Below, piece after piece: positions 18,581-28,503 of a DNA stretch of 59,724 nucleotides. The position numbers and the translations under genes are program-made. Location of the stretch: positions 1 to 59,724 of IMG/VR virus record IMGVR_UViG_3300014913_000014. One strand, 5' to 3'. The notes under the pieces are model-generated. The model saw only the letters and a list, made by a program, of their open reading frames with translations, was not told where the DNA came from and did not search any database. Source of the stretch: a virus (taxonomy: Duplodnaviria > Caudoviricetes). Within the stretch, counting starts at the first letter, position 1, and every line of letters begins with the position of its first letter.

Positions 18581-19771
18581 TTACGTTCGCTCGCCTTCAT
18601 ATATTCTTACTTCACCGGTTGTTGATTTGAAGTCAAATGTTTGCTGTGCGTTGGCATTAACATTTGAAGTAAATCCTTCACTAGTGATTGATAGTGAAGG
18701 CACATATACTGTTTTCAAAATAGTATATGGTAGCGTCTTATCTGCTGGGTCTTGTAACTTGATGTCCACATAGATTCCAGTTGCAGTAAATTCTGATACA
18801 CTAAATTCAGTATCAGAACTACTAAATTCACCTGTAGTAAACAGGCTAATAAGTTCTGTATCAGTATCCAAAACAGTGATAGTTCCGGTCACACTCGGTA
18901 CTTGTAACTGATATCCAACTACGTCTCGATTGCCCATTTCACGGACTGTTTCGGGATTGAATGTACCATTGATAGTAATAGATTGTACTCTATCAATACC
19001 ATTTGCAAGCAATTGTACCGGAACATCAGTTCCACGAATAGCCGCAGGCATTGAAGTATCGCTGGTATCTGACCAAACATCATCCGTTGATGGTGATTGA
19101 TAAATAGCAATACATTGATTTACACGGCTATCGCCGGTTGTCAAAGTTGTACCCGAGACTGAATATTCACCAGTGCTTGGGTTAGAAGCAACTTCATCAA
19201 GATATACGCCGTCCAAGATTACAGAAATACACTCATTTCCATTTTTCAGGGTTTCTGGTGTTTCTGACAAAGTAAATGTTGTTGTACCGGATGTAAATTT
19301 TTCTACAACAATATCATTTTTGAACCATCTTTTCTGAGTACCTATAATAGTATACTCTTCTGTTGATTCACCATCAACACTATAGTTGAATGAGAAGTCA
19401 CGAACCGTACATTTACGGGCATGTGCCATTTTCACGTAATCGTCTGTAGAATAGTCCCGAATGTGAACAAGCAGGTCCACATCGCCAATATCCGTAATGC
19501 TTACACCAGATGCAGGATATGCACTATAGTCTGTTCCTGTTAGAACTGAGAACAACTTAATTCCTGTGTCCATAGCCTGAAATGTAGCTGTTACGGCTGG
19601 TACGTCTTCAGTTGTACCAGCATGTAGACGGTTTCCCAACTCATCAATATCTGTTGATGGCCTGTCAGCAGTCAAGGTTAGACGCTGAACTCTTGGAATT
19701 ACCAACGCATCCCTTGCACCAACTAGTTTCAATTGGACATGCTTAGATGGAATAGCAACTCTTCTTGCCAT
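18581..19771 (-). CDS. Major tail (tube) protein
   Basis: Thr/Ser-rich beta protein with two similar halves (RVQxxTxxxxxxxxxxxExGNR); position upstream of the chaperones. Confidence 0.75.
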   Translation of the reverse strand: MARRVAIPSKHVQLKLVGARDALVIPRVQRLTLTADRPSTDIDELGNRLHAGTTEDVPAVTATFQAMDTGIKLFSVLTGTDYSAYPASGVSITDIGDVDLLVHIRDYSTDDYVKMAHARKCTVRDFSFNYSVDGESTEEYTIIGTQKRWFKNDIVVEKFTSGTTTFTLSETPETLKNGNECISVILDGVYLDEVASNPSTGEYSVSGTTLTTGDSRVNQCIAIYQSPSTDDVWSDTSDTSMPAAIRGTDVPVQLLANGIDRVQSITINGTFNPETVREMGNRDVVGYQLQVPSVTGTITVLDTDTELISLFTTGEFSSSDTEFSVSEFTATGIYVDIKLQDPADKTLPYTILKTVYVPSLSITSEGFTSNVNANAQQTFDFKSTTGEVRIYEGERT

Positions 19772-19782
19772 TTCGTTTTCTC

Positions 19783-20223
19783 CTAGGTTGCGTTATACTC
19801 TGTATAAAATCTGATTGTATTTCTCCAATACATCTTCTCTACCAAAGATGGAAAAATACGCACGGTAGCCACACTTATATCGAAGGGGCGTAAAAGCCCA
19901 ATTTGCGTTGGAGAGTCAAAGCCTTCATCATAATTATATACTGGAATGCCCGTTTCGATGTTATTCATGATAATAGACGTAATTTCATCCCTTTGTGCTT
20001 TGTTTAACGCAAGAATGTCAACTACCCAAAATCTTTCCCTTCTGCCGGTCCTACTTCCCAATTCATATTCACGAAATCTAATGCTTTGTGATTCTACCGT
20101 TACTGATGGCAGTTGCAAATCCTCGTCTGGATAACCATCATTAACTGTTATCATTGGATAGGGAGCCATCAGTCCTTTTAGCCAATAATATATGCTTAAA
20201 TCTTGCTTTCTCTCAATATACAT
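19783..20223 (-). CDS. Tail terminator/completion protein
   Basis: LPSVTV...VDILALNKAQRDEI pattern; position. Confidence 0.65.
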   Translation of the reverse strand: MYIERKQDLSIYYWLKGLMAPYPMITVNDGYPDEDLQLPSVTVESQSIRFREYELGSRTGRRERFWVVDILALNKAQRDEITSIIMNNIETGIPVYNYDEGFDSPTQIGLLRPFDISVATVRIFPSLVEKMYWRNTIRFYTEYNAT

Positions 20224-21095
20224 TAGGTCCTTCGTACTCGCAATGCTACGCCAATTCGTCTTGTTTTTGTTACATACACATTGTATTTTTTAGAATCTGC
20301 GTAAAATTGAGCTAATATATCATATGGTTCATACGAATCTGGATTATCCAAAAACTTTTCAACCTCTCTAAGAACAATATTTTCTACTTGATTTTCAATA
20401 TTCAAAAGCTCTCGTGTATATATTAGCTGTGCTTCTCTTCTTGATTTTTCCAGGAAGAAGGTTCCCCTAAATCTTGGAAATGCTAAATTATTATCATGAT
20501 TTCCATATTCCAAGATAAGCCAATATGGTGCTCCACCTTCCCACTCCATAAGTCGGGCCTGTATGGTGGTTTTGTACAATTCTTGAGCATTAAGGCGCCC
20601 GCCTTCAGTATATTTATCTTCGTTTGCATATAAGTGTTCATCCATACCTATTCTTGCAGGCCCATAAATGAAGTCTCGCCAAAATTTTGCTCTTTGTGTT
20701 TTTGTAAAATTGCCACCACCTAAACCCAACGCTTCTCTTGCTGCCTCAATTCCATCTGCCCAATCTTCCCATGTTCCAGCATATAGCAGAGCTCCCTCTT
20801 CCAGATCAATTTGATCATCCATTACTTGAACTATTTTCTCATTATTAAATGTTCGAAGTAGCGGGTCTCTAAATTCTGGTATATCAAACTCTCCAGGTCC
20901 ATGACCGCCAGCCGGGGCCGCAATTGCTTCTTTAAGATTACCAAGTAATACCCGCATTATTTTTGGCATTGCTACCGAAAGTGCTTTAGCACGTACATCT
21001 TCATAAGGACGGTTGGTTACGTGTTCCTCAATCATCGCTGCCCATTGCTGAGCATTGTAGGTCATAGATTTCAGATCAGTTTCTAACTCTGGCAT
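20223..21095 (-). CDS. Putative neck/tail completion protein
   Basis: APYWLILEYG resembles the HK97 gp10-like motif; position. Confidence 0.5.
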   Translation of the reverse strand: MPELETDLKSMTYNAQQWAAMIEEHVTNRPYEDVRAKALSVAMPKIMRVLLGNLKEAIAAPAGGHGPGEFDIPEFRDPLLRTFNNEKIVQVMDDQIDLEEGALLYAGTWEDWADGIEAAREALGLGGGNFTKTQRAKFWRDFIYGPARIGMDEHLYANEDKYTEGGRLNAQELYKTTIQARLMEWEGGAPYWLILEYGNHDNNLAFPRFRGTFFLEKSRREAQLIYTRELLNIENQVENIVLREVEKFLDNPDSYEPYDILAQFYADSKKYNVYVTKTRRIGVALRVRRT

Positions 21096-21328
21096 TATTT
21101 CATAGTTAGTCCTTCAATGTTTCCAAAGAAGGCTCTTAGAATTGAGCGGGTGTAATCATTGAAAGCGTCCAGAAATACTTTTCTAACAAATTTGTATTCG
21201 TTGCTTTCTTTATCCATGGTATCTTCTAGCTCCGCCAAGGCAATTGCTAGAAATTTATCCTTTTTTCTAGTAATAAAGCGAACAACGTCAATAACATCCA
21301 AACCCTCAATTATAACTTCCGGTTCCAT
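21095..21328 (-). CDS. Hypothetical protein
   Basis: Coupled ORF in the morphogenesis operon. Confidence 0.7.
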   Translation of the reverse strand: MEPEVIIEGLDVIDVVRFITRKKDKFLAIALAELEDTMDKESNEYKFVRKVFLDAFNDYTRSILRAFFGNIEGLTMK

Positions 21329-21329
21329 A

Positions 21330-21776
21330 TTATTCTTCCTTTTCTTCTAGTGCCACCACAATTCTATTTACTGTAGGCACTCCTCTTAAGCTAATATCCT
21401 TCTTTACAAAAGTTTTTCCGTCCATTACAACATATTCCATGTTATTAATGGCATTAATATTAGCAGTAGTATACTTTATTTGGAATTGAGCATCGCCCTC
21501 TACCAAAAATCCACCCACAGTCCATATTGGTGTATCTACATTTCTCAACCGTACATGGGCTTTAACTGTCAAGCCTGATACTGTATTTATCCAATAAAAT
21601 CCACTACATGTCGGGCAAAGAGAGTTTACAGATAAATTAGTAACTGGGTCTAAACTACAACCAGATGCAGGACACGGAATTCCTGAAATAGTAACATATA
21701 TAGTAATATCTCTGCCAATAGCATCTCGTATTTCATCTATTACAGTTGTAGTATTAGGTGGCCACGTAATTGACAT
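21330..21776 (-). CDS. Putative head closure protein with Cys zinc motif
   Basis: CPxxxC...CPTCSG; position. Confidence 0.55.
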   Translation of the reverse strand: MSITWPPNTTTVIDEIRDAIGRDITIYVTISGIPCPASGCSLDPVTNLSVNSLCPTCSGFYWINTVSGLTVKAHVRLRNVDTPIWTVGGFLVEGDAQFQIKYTTANINAINNMEYVVMDGKTFVKKDISLRGVPTVNRIVVALEEKEE

Positions 21777-23037
21777 TTATTTCCTCAAAAACCTTTTCAA
21801 ATTGTTTAGCAACGTTTTTCCAATCATACTTATTCTGTCTTACTAACCTGTAGGAATTTTGCCCCAACTTACGCAGCATCTCTCCGCCCTTTAACCAATC
21901 TTGATAAGCTAGTTCTAGCGCCTCTACTGTTCCATCCACGCTTACAACTTTTCCGCATGTATGAGTTATCTCATATAAATGGTCTGCGATAGTTGGAATG
22001 TATATTGCATTATCGCCCCACAATTCACGGGATACAGAGTGATCTCCTACAATTTGTGGTCGTCCGGTGGCGGCATGTTCCCAGCTGCATAGCCCCCAAC
22101 CCTCGCCCATACTTGTATTCAACCCAACATCGCAGGCATTATAAATCATATTCAATTTTTCATCTGGAACCCATGACAATGATGGACTGTTTGATGTGAT
22201 AATTAGCCGCTCATCGAATGAATATCTGACAGCCAGCTTTACAATATCCCACCCCATGTCCTGTGTACCCATATGAAGATATAATTTTACATTTTTAGGT
22301 TTATCTTTTACAAATTTTGCAAAAGCTTTTATAGTAATATCAATACGCTTTCTTGGTTGATTTCTATTAGCATTTAGTACAATGAAAGAGTTCAAAAGTT
22401 CTGGTTTTTGCGTAATTGGTAAAATTGCTTCTCTAGCAAGCTGCATTCCAGTTTTTATAATATTACCTTTTGCATCCTTAATATCTTTTATTGGATAAAA
22501 TGTATCTTTAGCCGTACCATGTGGAATTATTTCAATAATTGATGGATTGACGGCCCCCGTTTCTAAAATAACTCGTTTACCAAATTCTGTGTAAACACAT
22601 ACCTTTTTTACAAGTTCATTATAATCTCGAAACCAGTAAGCGTCATGTTCTGTGGCATCAACTGGAAAATACACAACAACAGGTATTTTCTCAATATTTG
22701 GAATTCTTCCTTTTGCTTCAATAATAAGTGCAAGATATTGTTGTATCACCCATGGGTCATTCAGAATAAAAATGATGTCGGGTCTAATTACCGCAATCAA
22801 ATTCACAAATCGTGCAAATCCCCACACATCTTGCATATTGGCTGTCGGAACAGCCGCAGGATAAATCTTATGGGCATACTCATGAGGATCGCCCCGATAA
22901 TTAATTGCTAGATGGTGTACTTCATAATTCTCACTTAAATTCTTAATTATATTATGATTTACTCTAGCAAATCCTGTTGGTGCAACGCCATCTCCTACCC
23001 AAAGAATTTTGGTCTTTTTTCCATTCCCTTTAGACAT
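21754..23037 (-). CDS. Glycosyltransferase family 4 (GT-B)
   Basis: PTGFARV, NRNQPRKRID and YNACDVGLNTSMGEGWGLCSWEHAATG (EX7E). Confidence 0.9.
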   Translation of the reverse strand: MSKGNGKKTKILWVGDGVAPTGFARVNHNIIKNLSENYEVHHLAINYRGDPHEYAHKIYPAAVPTANMQDVWGFARFVNLIAVIRPDIIFILNDPWVIQQYLALIIEAKGRIPNIEKIPVVVYFPVDATEHDAYWFRDYNELVKKVCVYTEFGKRVILETGAVNPSIIEIIPHGTAKDTFYPIKDIKDAKGNIIKTGMQLAREAILPITQKPELLNSFIVLNANRNQPRKRIDITIKAFAKFVKDKPKNVKLYLHMGTQDMGWDIVKLAVRYSFDERLIITSNSPSLSWVPDEKLNMIYNACDVGLNTSMGEGWGLCSWEHAATGRPQIVGDHSVSRELWGDNAIYIPTIADHLYEITHTCGKVVSVDGTVEALELAYQDWLKGGEMLRKLGQNSYRLVRQNKYDWKNVAKQFEKVFEEINVNYVAT

Positions 23038-23048
23038 TTTTGTCTCCT

Positions 23049-23540
23049 TTAGTCATATTCTCTCACACTGCCAACATAACCTGGCAAGTGACCTTTATTA
23101 GAGCTAGCTAGTCTTTTTTGTGGCGGCTTCAGAATGTTGGTCAGTTCAGTCCAATCTCTTTGAAGCATTTCGTCTTTTCTTCGGCTGGCTTCAATATTAG
23201 AATAAGATATTTCTGCATCTCTCCAAGCCCCGACACTCCAAGATAAGTTTTCCAGTTGTCCAGATTTTATAATAATAGCGGCCATCAAAATTATTGGTCT
23301 AATATCGCCTCTCTCAATTACTGGTGGCTCACTATGTAAAAATCTTACTGTCATATTACGGTACACATCATCATTTTCATCAACCAAGTATTTATAATTC
23401 CACCAGGGCTGTAATGTTTCGATGGCCGCTATTAATGATAGCCTCAACCACTCATCCAAATATCTATAACTAGTTGCATCTATATCGCCTAAATGAAGCC
23501 TTAACCGAGGAATCAAATATGAAAGATTCACAGTAGCCAT
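23049..23540 (-). CDS. Head-tail adaptor protein
   Basis: LRLHLGD...YLDEWL N-terminal adaptor pattern; position. Confidence 0.6.
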   Translation of the reverse strand: MATVNLSYLIPRLRLHLGDIDATSYRYLDEWLRLSLIAAIETLQPWWNYKYLVDENDDVYRNMTVRFLHSEPPVIERGDIRPIILMAAIIIKSGQLENLSWSVGAWRDAEISYSNIEASRRKDEMLQRDWTELTNILKPPQKRLASSNKGHLPGYVGSVREYD

Positions 23541-23542
23541 TA

Positions 23543-24058
23543 TTATTCCTCAGATGTGGATTCTTTAGATGGAAGGTAGCCCTCCATTTGTAACTCAGTA
23601 AGCCTTTCCTCAATATGTTTGATGTATTTTTCTGATACATCTAATTCTCTAGCACGATTTAGTAGTCTAAATACAGGTGCTGGGTCTGTGAATTTATTGA
23701 GTCTATTCTTTAGAGCAAGAAACTTGCTTGCCAAAATTTCATCAATTTCTTCATCGGTTAGCACATTTGGTGATTTTTGTTGAGGCACCACTTTGCTTGT
23801 TAGAGCAAGTCTTCCAGCATCGAGGTGCTTTTTATTCATTTTCTCAAAAAATACGACTTGTTTATTTGTCCACAAGTCTACCACCATATTTGGAAGATCA
23901 TCCATATTTCCTGGTCTTCCTTCTAGAATAACCCCTTCTGGTTCTTCCGAGAAGGGATTAAGTACAACAACGTGAACCTTGCCCAAAATAGTCTTAATGT
24001 ATCGCTTAATCGGCTCGCCCTCTTGCATAGCAGAATAAGCATCGTAGTCCTTAACCAT
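23543..24058 (-). CDS. Hypothetical protein downstream of MCP
   Basis: SD AAGGAGA; 171 aa. Confidence 0.75.
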   Translation of the reverse strand: MVKDYDAYSAMQEGEPIKRYIKTILGKVHVVVLNPFSEEPEGVILEGRPGNMDDLPNMVVDLWTNKQVVFFEKMNKKHLDAGRLALTSKVVPQQKSPNVLTDEEIDEILASKFLALKNRLNKFTDPAPVFRLLNRARELDVSEKYIKHIEERLTELQMEGYLPSKESTSEE

Positions 24059-24090
24059 AATACTCTCCTTATTGATTTTAAAGGTTCTAA

Positions 24091-24115
24091 GGGGGGCAGA
24101 CCAAGTCCACCCCCC
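24091..24115 (-). terminator. GC-rich hairpin after the MCP gene
   Basis: GGGGGGTGGAC-TTG-GTCTGCCCCCC on the minus strand. Confidence 0.6.
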
Positions 24116-24125
24116 ATATATTCAA

Positions 24126-25037
24126 TTATGACAAATCACCAAGAACAAAAATGCCCATAGCATTGTCAATGATTAAACCAAATTGCTGATAAATTTCCAA
24201 CATCCACTGTGGAGGAGTTGGGTTCATATCTGACCATTGCTTAGTTTTCACATCACCATAAGTGATGAATTCACCGACATTCTCACCAATAACAAGAATC
24301 TTATCGGTAGGTACTAAAGCATTGTAATCTTCTGGATTGTCCCAAACTTGTTCAACAACTTTGATCGGAACGCCATAATATTTTCCAAGCCATCCTGTTT
24401 GGCGAATGGCCTGAATATCATCTGGACTATAACCAACATTTGTGCCGTCACTCCAAAATGCAGCAAACTTAGTAATTGGAGTTACTGCGACACGAGAACC
24501 AACAATAGCTTTTGCTCCGCCGGTTGTTTGGTTAATAGTATTAATTGCATTTTCAAGCGAAGTTGCATCAATGGTTCCACCTACTGATGTAAAGTTGCTT
24601 GGAGTATTTGAGGCTGTCCAGATAGTTAAAAGGGCTGTAAACACCTTATTGATATAATAATCATTCAACTTTGCGGCCATTTCACGGCGAATCTCTTGAA
24701 TCGTACCAATTTCTCCGCTCTCAAGTTCCCACTGATTGTAGGTAACTTTCACATCGGCACCGTCAAGAACATAGTTCATACGTTCAGAAACGGTGATTTC
24801 GCTGGCTAGGTGCACTGCCCCTGGTACCAATGTACGTACCTTGATGCCCTTACGGACCTTCTTAACAAGAGAATCACCTGGCTTTAATCTTCGAGTATTT
24901 AGCAACCCTGAAATAAAATCAGTAGTAAGGTGATTTGGTTGTACATACTCTACGATAATCTCAGCCAATGCATCTCTCTTTAGAGGATCGGACATCATAG
25001 AAGCAATTGCTTCGGCTACTTTCTTTTCGTCTTTCAT
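24126..25037 (-). CDS. Major capsid protein (HK97 fold)
   Basis: Size, position after scaffold and decoration genes, GWLGKYYGVPI motif. Confidence 0.8.
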   Translation of the reverse strand: MKDEKKVAEAIASMMSDPLKRDALAEIIVEYVQPNHLTTDFISGLLNTRRLKPGDSLVKKVRKGIKVRTLVPGAVHLASEITVSERMNYVLDGADVKVTYNQWELESGEIGTIQEIRREMAAKLNDYYINKVFTALLTIWTASNTPSNFTSVGGTIDATSLENAINTINQTTGGAKAIVGSRVAVTPITKFAAFWSDGTNVGYSPDDIQAIRQTGWLGKYYGVPIKVVEQVWDNPEDYNALVPTDKILVIGENVGEFITYGDVKTKQWSDMNPTPPQWMLEIYQQFGLIIDNAMGIFVLGDLS

Positions 25038-25056
25038 GGCTAGTTATCTCCCTAGT

Positions 25057-25635
25057 TTATAAAGTCCTAAATGTTAGTGAGTATTCTTCTAAATCGAATC
25101 TCTCAACTACCGCAATAGCACCTGAAGCGCTATATGCCAGCTTCCCTGCTTCTGACGCACCATCGTCTGCTTTATTTAATACTTCTAGTTTTGCACCAGG
25201 AGTAGCCAGTTCAGCACTGTAAACAAAGTGACCTGATGGAACGGTGAATACACCACGATCAAAAGCTAATGCCTGATATCCAGATGGGATTATAACGCCC
25301 TCTTTGTGACCAGGATATGTCAAATGCACATAGGCTGAAAATGGAACATTGCTGTTTTGGTCCCATCCGCCTCTACGTAGTGCATAAGTAAAACTTGGAG
25401 TCGGGATGAACATCTTGATTGGGCCTTCTGCGTTAGCGTTACTTACTGGCCATGTTAGGCAGTATTTAGCACTGGCCGCCTCTGTTGAGTCCGCAGGTAG
25501 TCTAACGCCAGGAAGGTCAACCTTGCTTCCAAAGTCGTAGTTTTCTGAATGACCTGTCAAGATAACCATACGACCTTCTGGAATGTCTTCTCCTGTTACA
25601 ACTCCAATAATGTCGGTATATTTATTGATTTCCAT
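25057..25635 (-). CDS. Putative capsid decoration/cement protein
   Basis: Between scaffold and MCP; EDIPEGRMV-like start. Confidence 0.55.
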   Translation of the reverse strand: MEINKYTDIIGVVTGEDIPEGRMVILTGHSENYDFGSKVDLPGVRLPADSTEAASAKYCLTWPVSNANAEGPIKMFIPTPSFTYALRRGGWDQNSNVPFSAYVHLTYPGHKEGVIIPSGYQALAFDRGVFTVPSGHFVYSAELATPGAKLEVLNKADDGASEAGKLAYSASGAIAVVERFDLEEYSLTFRTL

Positions 25636-25655
25636 CTCTTATTTCTCCAAAGTAA

Positions 25656-26768
25656 TTACTTACTCTTGTCTAGACTATGTAGAAATTCTACAACGTCTTT
25701 CTTTTCTACATCACCCTGAGTCTTCCCTTTTACATCAGGAAGTTTTGATGTGATGCTAATTGATGCTTCTGCCGAAGCGTCTTCTTCATCAGATTCCTGC
25801 TTGAAAGCAATAAGCTCCTGAATGAAAAAGTCTACTTGTTCATCACTCATAGCAAGAAGTTTTTCTTCACGCTCAGCAAAATATTCATCTGTGGCCTCAA
25901 GACCAGCTTCAGCAAATTTGCTACGAATAGCCGCCAATTTCTCTTCTTTTTCTTTCTCTGCGTCAATGGTTGCTTTGAAAGTAGCAAGCTCTTCATACTT
26001 TGGCTTTAGGTCATCCAGTTCTGATTTCAAGCCTGCCAACTCTTCTTCCATAGGACGAAGTTTTTCTATTTCGGCGGTAGCTGCTTTTAGCTCATCTTTT
26101 AGCTCATTAATCTCTTTATTTAGACCGGCAACGATTTTGTCGTGGTCTTCTCGATTAATGGTGTCCATAGTATTATTGTCTCCTTGATGATCTTCTTTTG
26201 ATGCTATCGCTGTAACAGGAGTTCTTCCCATGTATGAGGGCAGGCCCACAATTGTTACAGCATTCATCTCTATATTTCTTAGTTCCAATATACCCGATTC
26301 GTCTTTTTGAGATGCCTCAACGTCATAATTAAGTTCCCAAGAGACATCAATAGATTGTCCATTAGTATATCTTTCTTTTAGATATTTAATATCCTCTGGA
26401 CGTTCTTTTGTCCAAAGTGCTGCCAATGCAACAACATGATCATCCTTTTCGACTAAATGGGCAATTGAACCTAGAGGAAAAGTTTCATCATGTCCTTCGC
26501 TGATGTTACCCCTTGCCATTTTAATTGGCATATAAACAGCAGTTTTTAGAACATTTCCGAATTCCTCTTTAGGAATACGCATAGCATTGGCATTTGGCTT
26601 ATCATCAGTGATAACCATTTTCAGCCAAGCCACGTTGGGATTTAGAGAAATTGAAGCAACAGCTTCACCTAATTTCTCATCATCTACCATTAATTGTACA
26701 TCTTTTGCGATTATGTTGACAGTTTTCATCGTATTTTGCCCTCTTTTTGCCCTAATTTTGGTCTTCAT
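25656..26768 (-). CDS. Prohead protease-scaffold fusion (start may be 26729)
   Basis: PNANAMRI, GH..PLG and DVSWEL protease-like N-terminal half; acidic coiled-coil C-terminal half. Confidence 0.7.
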   Translation of the reverse strand: MKTKIRAKRGQNTMKTVNIIAKDVQLMVDDEKLGEAVASISLNPNVAWLKMVITDDKPNANAMRIPKEEFGNVLKTAVYMPIKMARGNISEGHDETFPLGSIAHLVEKDDHVVALAALWTKERPEDIKYLKERYTNGQSIDVSWELNYDVEASQKDESGILELRNIEMNAVTIVGLPSYMGRTPVTAIASKEDHQGDNNTMDTINREDHDKIVAGLNKEINELKDELKAATAEIEKLRPMEEELAGLKSELDDLKPKYEELATFKATIDAEKEKEEKLAAIRSKFAEAGLEATDEYFAEREEKLLAMSDEQVDFFIQELIAFKQESDEEDASAEASISITSKLPDVKGKTQGDVEKKDVVEFLHSLDKSK

Positions 26769-26979
26769 TTGAGGATTTCTCTGTCAATGCGTCACCAATA
26801 AGTAACAACACTTCAAACAAAGCCAATTCAAAGCCATCAAAGGCTGCCTTGCCCTCATCCTGTTGAGGAGTTCTTCCATGCCTCTTATAATAAGCAATTG
26901 CACAAATTCTCTGCGCATCTTTTAGTTTTCTACCTTTAGCGACTTCTGATTTTACACACTCTTCATATTCTTTAGGCAT
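26752..26979 (-). CDS. Small hypothetical protein
   Basis: SD AAGGAG; between portal and protease. Confidence 0.65.
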   Translation of the reverse strand: MPKEYEECVKSEVAKGRKLKDAQRICAIAYYKRHGRTPQQDEGKAAFDGFELALFEVLLLIGDALTEKSSNEDQN

Positions 26980-26984
26980 GATAT

Positions 26985-28499
26985 CTACTCCTTAGGCGAT
27001 TTGCCTTTAGATTCTGGTGGACTTGAAGGTCTTCCTTCAGGTTTTTTTTGTCCAGGTTGGCCTGCTCCAGGTACATTTGAAGGTGCAACTGGTTCTACGC
27101 CCAACTTTTTCATTAATTCTTCTTCTTTGGCACGCTTTTCCTGTGTCTCCAAGAAGTCATAACCATAAGCCTCGTTATAATCTGTACGTGATAGATTACC
27201 ACTTTCATACATAGCTGTAAGACCATCATAAAATAGCTGTAAACTCATCAAATTGATTGGCTTGAATTTTACAATCGGATATGTGGTCATAACTTTATTG
27301 TATCTTCTCATCTCCAAAAGCACTTTTTCAGCAATAGGTAATAATTGTCTTTGTAACTGTTGCATTGTCTGAAGTGGTGATAATGTAGCAATCTGCGGAT
27401 CAGATGCAAATGATCGCTCTGTTTCTCCCGTGATCAGAATTCTTGGAAATCCAAGGGCTACCATAATATCCTGGTTCACTGTATCATATTTCTTGTCATT
27501 CAAAAGTGTTTCAACTTCTGGAAATACCCAATTTAATTCTACCGTATGATTAGTAAAAAAAGCAAAAACTCTTTCGATGTCATCAGCCGATAATGTCTCC
27601 CGCCACTTGAATTTATTTTCCAAGTCCGTTAGCTCATCTTCTTGATCTTCTGTAAGCGGAAAATCATCATTACCTACTTTTACATGCAAAATAGCGCTAA
27701 TAACTCTGGCTGCAACTGAATAGTCCATTCTACGTAAATTTCTTTTATGCTTTAATGCCTCTAATGCCGGATAAAGGTAAGGAATTGGATAGGCCGAATC
27801 TGCCAACGATAAACTTTTGATTACCAGAGGATTTTCCAATAATACTTTTGTAGCGCCTTCTTTGATCTGTTTTACAAAGTCTGGATAAAGTTTAACGATC
27901 TCTCTGTAAAGTTCTATATCTCTTTCGCCATCCGGATATTCGCCTCCACTTTGAATAAAGAATAGCACTTCTTCAGGAATTCTCAAAAAATATGATTCTC
28001 GTTCAGTAATAAGTGGACGCTTTATTTCAATGTCTTTTGAATCTCGCAACCACATACTTGTAGGATACATAAGGGTATCCAGTCGTTTTATATTCTTATT
28101 AAGCAAATCTTGCTTTTTGATTCGAGTCAGCTTAATTTCTGGAACCAATAAACCCGTAATTAGAAACTCAAAAGCCGCCTTTCTCAAAAATACCATCAAA
28201 TCTTTTTCAAGAGCAGCATAAATTGCCTTTTCTGTAACATTAGCTGTTCCGTCTGCTTGTATAAATAGACCATTAATAGCAATATCAACCAGTTTATGAA
28301 TTACTGTTGATGCTAGTGGATCGTGTCTAAAGTAAAATCTACAATCCTTAACGACTTGTTCATATTTATCGTGATCATCAAAGGCTAATCTATCAACTGT
28401 TGAAACCCAAGGATTATCTGCCCAAGTTCGAGTCATTGATTGGTAGATGGTATATGAACCCGCAAGAGCGCTTGCTAGTTTCTTTGTTTTGTCAACCAT
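26985..28499 (-). CDS. Portal protein
   Basis: 504 aa, directly after terL; IMVALGFPRILITG motif. Confidence 0.8.
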   Translation of the reverse strand: MVDKTKKLASALAGSYTIYQSMTRTWADNPWVSTVDRLAFDDHDKYEQVVKDCRFYFRHDPLASTVIHKLVDIAINGLFIQADGTANVTEKAIYAALEKDLMVFLRKAAFEFLITGLLVPEIKLTRIKKQDLLNKNIKRLDTLMYPTSMWLRDSKDIEIKRPLITERESYFLRIPEEVLFFIQSGGEYPDGERDIELYREIVKLYPDFVKQIKEGATKVLLENPLVIKSLSLADSAYPIPYLYPALEALKHKRNLRRMDYSVAARVISAILHVKVGNDDFPLTEDQEDELTDLENKFKWRETLSADDIERVFAFFTNHTVELNWVFPEVETLLNDKKYDTVNQDIMVALGFPRILITGETERSFASDPQIATLSPLQTMQQLQRQLLPIAEKVLLEMRRYNKVMTTYPIVKFKPINLMSLQLFYDGLTAMYESGNLSRTDYNEAYGYDFLETQEKRAKEEELMKKLGVEPVAPSNVPGAGQPGQKKPEGRPSSPPESKGKSPKE

Positions 28500-28503
28500 T
28501 TGT

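Noticed and set aside
18581-19771. Contractile tail sheath
   Set aside because: No sheath or baseplate-wedge genes were recognised; gene order and long TMP fit a siphovirus.
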